The translations under genes and the position numbers were made by a program. A stretch of DNA of 64,000 nt, taken from Zygnema circumcarinatum SAG 698-1b. Taxonomy: Eukaryota > Plantae > Zygnematophyceae. Of the stretch, positions 53,928 to 64,000 are shown piece after piece. Every line of letters starts with the position of its first letter. The stretch's first letter is position 1. The notes under the pieces were generated by a model. That model was not told where the DNA came from. It searched no databases and worked only from the letters and a program-made list of their open reading frames with translations. Location: positions 310,001-374,000 of the forward strand of contig CM074813.1 in assembly GCA_037447605.1 (NCBI GenBank), in the 5' to 3' direction.

Positions 53928-54840
53928 GGCGGAGCAGTGATGTAAGCCTCTCCCTCTACGCATTCTGCCTTCTCGCTCAGCCTCGTCTTTCTCTCACTCT
54001 CCCTCACCCTCTTGTCTCTCTTCTCCCTTTCTCCCGCTCCCGCTCCCTCTCCCTCTCCCCCCCCCCCCTCTCTCTTCCACCCCCCATTCCTCTCCCTCTC
54101 TCCCAATACCGTAGCATTCTCCTTCTAGTTACTGTTCCGTGAATTTCCGTTCCAGAGCCTAGCAATAACTCATTCTGTGATGATGCTTGCATTGGGACAG
54201 GATGGAGACGGCGCTAAAAAATGAAAAAAACTAAGTAAAGGAAGAATTCGTGATTTTCATTTTTTTCTGTAATCTGGAACGGAACAGCGTATCATGGAAC
54301 CCCTTATTGACCTCGAGTGGTGTCTCCATACCATCCCCATTACCCAGAGCAACGGTCACAATTTTAATTGTTGGATGTTTTCTCCATATTGATATCAAAC
54401 CGAATTGACTGTAGTTCGGATTGAGCGTTCACATTGCATTCAGAAACAACGTTTGAACCATTAGTCTGTGTTCACAGGTGTGAACACATTTACATGTTTT
54501 CTTGTAACGTGCTAATGGATTCATGCCTCGTTTCATACCTGACTGTTTTTCTCGGCCAGTTTTGCCTTGACTATCGTCATAGTTGACTCTGTAGAGTGAC
54601 TTGATTTAGTTATTTTTAATTGTTTCCCGTCTTTTTCGGGCTGTTGTTTTTTGGAAGCTGGGGAGTTTGTACATCCTCAGAATATTTCATCGCTTGAATT
54701 TTTTTTAGAAGTGTCACACAATGTTGTGTCGGAATTCGTTTCTGTTGAAAATGAAGAGATGTGAAACATTCTACACTCATCATTTGGAACCGACTGATCA
54801 AAGAGTGGGGAGGGGGAGAGGGAGAGGGGGGGAAAGGGGG

Positions 54841-54919
<79 letters not shown>

Positions 54920-55026
54920 GAACATTGGTTTCACAACATTATGAACAAATTGATCACGAAAAAAACTTTCGGACAAATACTCCGAAAGTCAACCGTAGAT
55001 CATTGACATTAACAAAAAAAAAACAA

Positions 55027-56110
55027 TCATAGCCTCGACCGTGCCTCTGTTGACTTTTCAAACTCCAATGCGTCGTAGTGACTGCTTCCGTTGTAAAATA
55101 CAGAAATCGGTTCGCCCTGATCTTTGTACTCTTGCCCATAATCAGCGATCGAAATTATCCCATTTGTACCCTTTGGGTCCCGAATATATACTGTTATTGG
55201 CGTGCTGCAATTAGACATTATGTGATAAAAAAAAATGATCAATGGGTTTCACACAAAATATCAACAAACGCTTTACTAAAAATGTATGCAATCATTCTAT
55301 CAGCACGTTTTATCCTCTCACCCCAAAAATTGACTTGACAGAAATCAGTGGGGAAAAGGGGATAGGAGGGGGGGGAGGGGTAAAATCTGAAGTTTCGCGG
55401 GTTGTGCCGACATACCGCAGAACATGAGACATCATCAGAAGCTCCGGCTCGCCTCCCCACGTGTGAGATCGGCGCATATTTCGAACATACGTTTCAAAAT
55501 TGCCTTCTATGAACCTGACGTAGAAACAAGATTAACAGTAAGAAAAAACGGTTAGATTAAACTGCAGGATAGAGCAGGATGGTGCTTGAGCACACAGACA
55601 CGGATGAAATGTAAAACAAGAGTGGAGAGAGAGATGGGAGGGGGGAAGAAAGCAGGAGTGGCGTAAGTGATCAGAGATGTAAGGACGGGAGAAAGAGAGG
55701 TGGGAGAAAGGGGAAGGAGAAGGTAGACGAGAAAACGAAGGAGAGAGATGGGGTGGATGGCGGAAGGAAAGGAGAAGTAGTAATGGACCAGTTGCAAGTG
55801 AGAATAGGCAAATTTAATCATTAAGTTTTTGGCTTGATTAGTATTTACCATTCTGTCTCCTCCCGCCTTTTCAGAAATTCATCCGCCACCTGTTAACCAA
55901 TCTCCCCAACTGGCAGGAATCTTAGTACAAGTGGAAAAAACGAACTATCACTCCCTCTTGTGTTTCCTTCATAGCTCTCTTCACTCTCTTAGCCTGCCTT
56001 CTCCTTCCCTCGTTCTCGCTCTCCCTCTCTCTCATTCTCTCGTACATGCACACTCGCTCGCCGTCCTCAGGCTCTTTCTTTGTATCTCCTCTTTCTCCTC
56101 TCCCCTCCCT

Positions 56111-56160
<50 letters not shown>

Positions 56161-57084
56161 TTTCTCTACACCGCTTTTCAGTTACTGGTGCTGATTTTTG
56201 GTTTCTGCGGCCTACCATTGACCTCAACTCGTCCGCTACTTGTTGCCTTTTCGCTGAACTCAGTCCCGACATCCCGTTCCGTTGGCAGACACCATAAGTC
56301 ACCGCATGGAACAGGCACCTTCCGTCGCCAGGCATCTCTGTTCCCACATCAGTCCGCAGAAATAAGACAAGAAAAAAAGATCAAACCCCAGAAAAACCAA
56401 AACCTCCAAACCCCAAAAACTCAAGACCAAAAATACCCCAAGAAACGGATGACCAAAAAAACCTAAAAAATCTCAATAAACCAAAATTCCAAAACCCAAT
56501 TCGCGAATCAACTTACTTATGATACGAAACTCCTCAAAAACAGGCTTCTTCCCATCTTCTGAAAGTAGCTGAGCCGATGCGCCCCCTCTCATTCTCTCTC
56601 TCTCCCTCAGGCCCTCTCCCTCACTCTCATCATCAGCGGAAGCCATAGTTATGGCCAGCTGGGGGGCGGCCACAGCCATGGCCATGGAGGCGGAAAGGAC
56701 GCCACATTTCAGCCAATCAGAGCGTAGCTTCAGCCGCCGCGGGCGCCACGTGTCGGGACGGTGTACAGTCAAAAGCGTCCCGTTACGGAAAACGGAAGAC
56801 GGAGACATGTGACGGCGCCATTTTTGCGCAGTTCGGGAGGAGGAGCTGTTGGAGGAGGGCACTCGGATGTGGGACAAAGATGATGTTGAGGAGGGAGAGG
56901 GTGATGTTGCGGATGATGATGGTGATGTCGACGATGAGAAGCGGCGGGATGTGAAGGAGAGGGAGAGAGAGGAGAGGGGGAGAGAGGAGAGGGAGAGAGA
57001 GGAGAGGCGGAGAGAGGAGGAGAGAAGGGCGGGGGGGGAGGAGGGGGAGGAGACACGGGAGGAGCTGAAGAGGTAGTATTGCAT
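55027..57084 (-). CDS. OTU4: OTU-domain deubiquitinase, plant OTU4-like, with an N-terminal Ser-rich targeting peptide
   Basis: MPGDGRCLFHAV (Cys loop), VADEFLKRREETEW/FIEGNFETYVRNMR..TWGGEPELLMMSHVL/TPITVY..IADYGQEY..YNGSSHYDAL. The start codon is uncertain. Confidence 0.88.
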
Positions 57085-57924
57085 GCTGGAAGGGAACCAA
57101 AATTTAGGGTTGAGGGTTTAGGGCTTTCCGGGGCTTTTGAGGGCTGTGAGGGAGATTCAGCGCTACAAGAAATTTGAGGGTTCTAACGATTTTTTCGAGT
57201 TTCGGGGATTTTTAGGGTTCACGGCTCTCCCCGGGAGGGAGGGCCTGTGGGAAGGGTTGACATGCTTCCTTAGAAGGAGGAGGCGCCTTTTCTTTTTTTT
57301 TTTTTTTTTCGAAGGGTGGGTTTAGAGGAGAGGATGGGGTTCTGGAAGCTTCGAAAACGGAAGGGCGGAAACGTCCTTTCCAAGAAAAGCGGGATCGGAC
57401 CTCGACGTGTTCACACTGCAACGACCTTTCGTGACATGACGTGGCGAGAGGCTGTACGGAAGTATTATACACGTGGCAGATATTCTTTGGACGACAGCCC
57501 ACCAGCCAATCAATGACGGAGAAAATTGAGGATTGAATTGGACCCGTTCACACGACAAGGACGGAAACCTAAGCCTAAGTGTAACCGCTTTCACATGCCC
57601 GCAGTTTCACGGAGCGTATCTCGTGCGAACGCGATCCCCCCTTCCTTGGTCCAACTTTTTTAGGATTCCTTCCTCCTTCCTCTATCCTCCCTTGAAGACA
57701 AAACCCTTGTATTAGGGTTCAGAGCCCGCCCTTCCCCCACCCCTCTCCCCCTCAAGGGTTCAGGACCTCTTCTCTGTCTTCAATTTCTTGCCCTAAGTCT
57801 AGGGCTGAAGCTTCAGTTCTCGACCCTGATGTTCAATTTTTAGTCCCTCCCTCCCTCCCTCCCTTTCCCCAGCCTAGGAAAATCCTCCAACCCTAAACCC
57901 CCGAAACCCTCCCTAAAACCCCGC

Positions 57925-61151
<3,227 letters not shown>

Positions 61152-62152
61152 CCTTGCTCCGTCGCCAGCTGTGTTTCTATGCGTCTTTGGCGTGCCTCAG
61201 TTACAGTTGTAGTTTCAACTGAAGGGATACGCGTAGAACCCTTCGAACTCAGTTTCCCGAAAGCAACTTTTTACAATGTGCAGATTTGTATATTGAGGAT
61301 TTTTCTGATGGCTCCTGCTTGGCCTTGTAATCTCTATCCATATATTGAAACGAGAACTTAAACTGGAATTCAATGGGTTCAAATTTCTAATTGTTGTTTG
61401 TTCCACTGTTTGTTATATTCTGTTAAATCATTTTCCAAGGATAAAAATATGTTCTTTCTCAAAATTTTGAACCTCCTATACGCGCGGCTACATGTCGTCA
61501 TAGCGAGCGGCGGTTCCGTGCTGTGTCGTTTTTCGTAGAAGTGACTGTCCAATTGAGTTTCCAGCTGTCGCCGTGACCAGTCCAGCCCAACCGTTTTACC
61601 GTACAAAGCAACCGTACCACCATTCCTTTTTGGCACGCACCAACCGCCGCTTGTTATCGAATGTCCGAGGGTACGGATATCTACTAACCAACAAAATAAG
61701 CCGTACAATAAACTAATCATTAACTTGTCGGTCCTTCCAAACTGACTAATCAGAGCGCGTCCTGAAACCTCGTACATACAAACTATTTTGGACATATCCG
61801 AGGGGCCCTGAAATTTGTCGGTCCTTTTCAGAGAACGTTCCACGAGGCGCAAGGTGAAGGCAGTTCTCATATGACAAAAACGGTTACCGTTGGAAAGACG
61901 CGGTCACCGATTCGTACGGTCAGAAATAACAGTACCTGTCTTGTTTTTGTCGTATTCAATCAGTTATTTCGGCGGCTGGCCTATTTGACGCCGGCGGCGC
62001 AACAGACATTAGGCCACAGTCGAAAAGTCCCAGTCTGCAAAGTGGGAGAGGCAGCAGTTGAGAGGGAGCGGTTGAGGGAGAGAGAGAGACACAGGGGGAG
62101 AGAGAGAGAGGGAGAGGGAGAGAGAGGGGGAGAGAGAGGGAGAGGGAGAGAG

Positions 62153-62621
62153 ATGGCTGCATTCAGCGGAAGAACGGCGGTGGCGGGCGTGCTTTGCGCC
62201 ATTTTGCTTCACCTTCTGCCGCCCGCCGTGGTATGTGATTTCGCTCTCAGGGGAGGGAGAAATGGAAGCAAAGGGAAGAATTTTAATGGAACTAAGAGCT
62301 GTATCGACCGGAAGTGGTTGAGAAAGTGATGGAAACTGTCCCACAACATGATGACGTGTATTAGAATCACGAAAAAATGAAAATGGATGTGTCAAATCAA
62401 CTAAGTGAAGAGGAAATGTGAAGCGTACAACTTTTAGTTTCTTTACATGCTGGTTTTTTTTCATCTATCATGAAATGCATCAATTTCCAAGTTTTTGAGT
62501 TCCTGACCGAGAGGGGGAGGAGGGGTGCAGAGCGGCAGCACCATCAACGGAAACGTCTATTGCGACACCTGCTTGGATGGCATGTACAACGAAAAAGACA
62601 TTCCCGCCACTTACAGTCCCG

Positions 62622-62714
<93 letters not shown>

Positions 62715-62715
62715 T

Positions 62716-62747
<32 letters not shown>

Positions 62748-64000
62748 GTGTCTACGGCCTGGATTCCACTTTTTGCATACTCCATAGGGCTCGTCTCCAC
62801 GCTAAACTGCTAAATATTCGAAAAGAATGAAATTTTCAACCAAAAGTCTCCCCAGTTTGCCAATTCTGAATCGCTACGTCAAAAAAATCCATCTTGCAGA
62901 TCACGGTGAACTGCACAATCTCCTCCGGCGCGATCTTCAAGACCACCAAGTATGTGCTGGCGACCGGTGGGACTGATGGCGACGGAAACTTCAGAGTACG
63001 AACTTCTGATTCATGACTTGTGACTCTTTGATAGGCTTACTTCTTTCTTGGATACTGTGCTTAAACGAAAGAATCTGGCTCCATGCTATTGAATATTGTA
63101 ACTGAATGAATGCATGCATCTGCTCCGGCTGCAGCTCTCATTGAAGAGCGGCTCTGGCGCATCAAATTCGGCCTCTGCCGAATCGGTCTTCAAGAACACT
63201 CTCTTCGTCAGCGGAAATCCGAGTTTAGGAACGCTTCCAAATGCGCGAGTGGAGGCATGCTCCGTGAAAGTGGACTGCGACGATTGTCCGATTGCCATAA
63301 TGAACGATGGCCAATGCAATGCCGGGGGCAAGCTGGTGAGCTCCCTCTCCCTTGCTCTCTCTCTCTCTTTCACAGACTCGCTCTGTAGCTCCTCTCTCTC
63401 TTTCTCGCTCGTTGCCTCTCTAACTCCTCTCTCCCACTCTCCCTTCGCCCCGCAACCCTTCTCTTTACTTGTCACAGCTTCTCTCACTCGCTACCATCCA
63501 ACTCCTCTATTTTCCTTCTCTCTCTTGACTGCATCACTCGCCTTTCCACTCATCACTTGACTTATGAGACATGTCAATCATTCGCCTTCTGACATGCATC
63601 CTTTCTCTTACAAGGAAAGCTAAGTCGTGCTCTTCATGTGTCGATTTGTGCAGGGCAATGGATACACCGGCAATGTGCAACTCGCAAACATTGGGTCCAC
63701 AGGTGCCGACATTGTAATCAACAACCGCATCTGCTATGCGCCTCGTGAGCGTGACGAGGACTGCCCTGCTGAAGCTCCTCCTCCTCCCGGGGGGGAGGGA
63801 GACCCGCACTACACTGGGGCGGATGGGTCCCACTTCGACTTCTCAGGTGGGCAATACACATGTCATATCAGACAAACATATTCTCAACTAGTTTTGCTTT
63901 GAATTCGTATTAATTGTTACAATTAGCGACAAAGCGATGGGCTGACATGACCATGACATTCCTTGCAGGCGAACCCAACGCAACCTTCTGCTTGGTCAGT
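62153..64000 (+). CDS. secreted Ole e 1 + GDPH root-cap domain protein with almost no stalk (copy D, runs off the window)
   Basis: MAAFSGRTAVAGVLCAILLHLLPPAV; GNVYCDTCLDG; ITVNCT..GTDGDGNFR; ACSVKVDCDDC..GQC; ICYAPRERDEDCPAEAPPPPGGEGDPHYTGADGSHFDFSG/EPNATFCLVS. Confidence 0.85.

Overview
Eukaryotic nuclear DNA from a streptophyte, probably a green alga (inferred from plant-type RNC1, THO7 and root-cap-domain genes, spliceosomal introns and abundant CT/GA microsatellites). Housekeeping genes flank the window: MIOX, RNC1, THO7 and a plastid alpha/beta hydrolase on the left; eIF2B-delta, STMP1, an OTU4-like deubiquitinase and RPT2 on the right. The central ~17-46 kb is a rearranged accessory cluster of two secreted-protein families. 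The first is a bacterial-type PstS/DING-superfamily phosphate-binding protein carrying a signal peptide and a spliceosomal intron: three intact copies, one LTR-disrupted pseudogene and two 5' relics. These form three head-to-head pairs that share a homologous spacer with a P1BS-type motif and a hairpin. The second family is Pollen Ole e 1 / Ser-Pro4 stalk / GDPH root-cap-domain proteins: three copies here plus a stalk-less one at the window end. One PstS locus and one stalk gene are co-duplicated in a ~15 kb palindrome. Best candidate for an undescribed system: a domesticated, phosphate-starvation-regulated extracellular phosphate-scavenging module. Four 10-N assembly gaps are present. All alignments were done by eye; no database searches were run.
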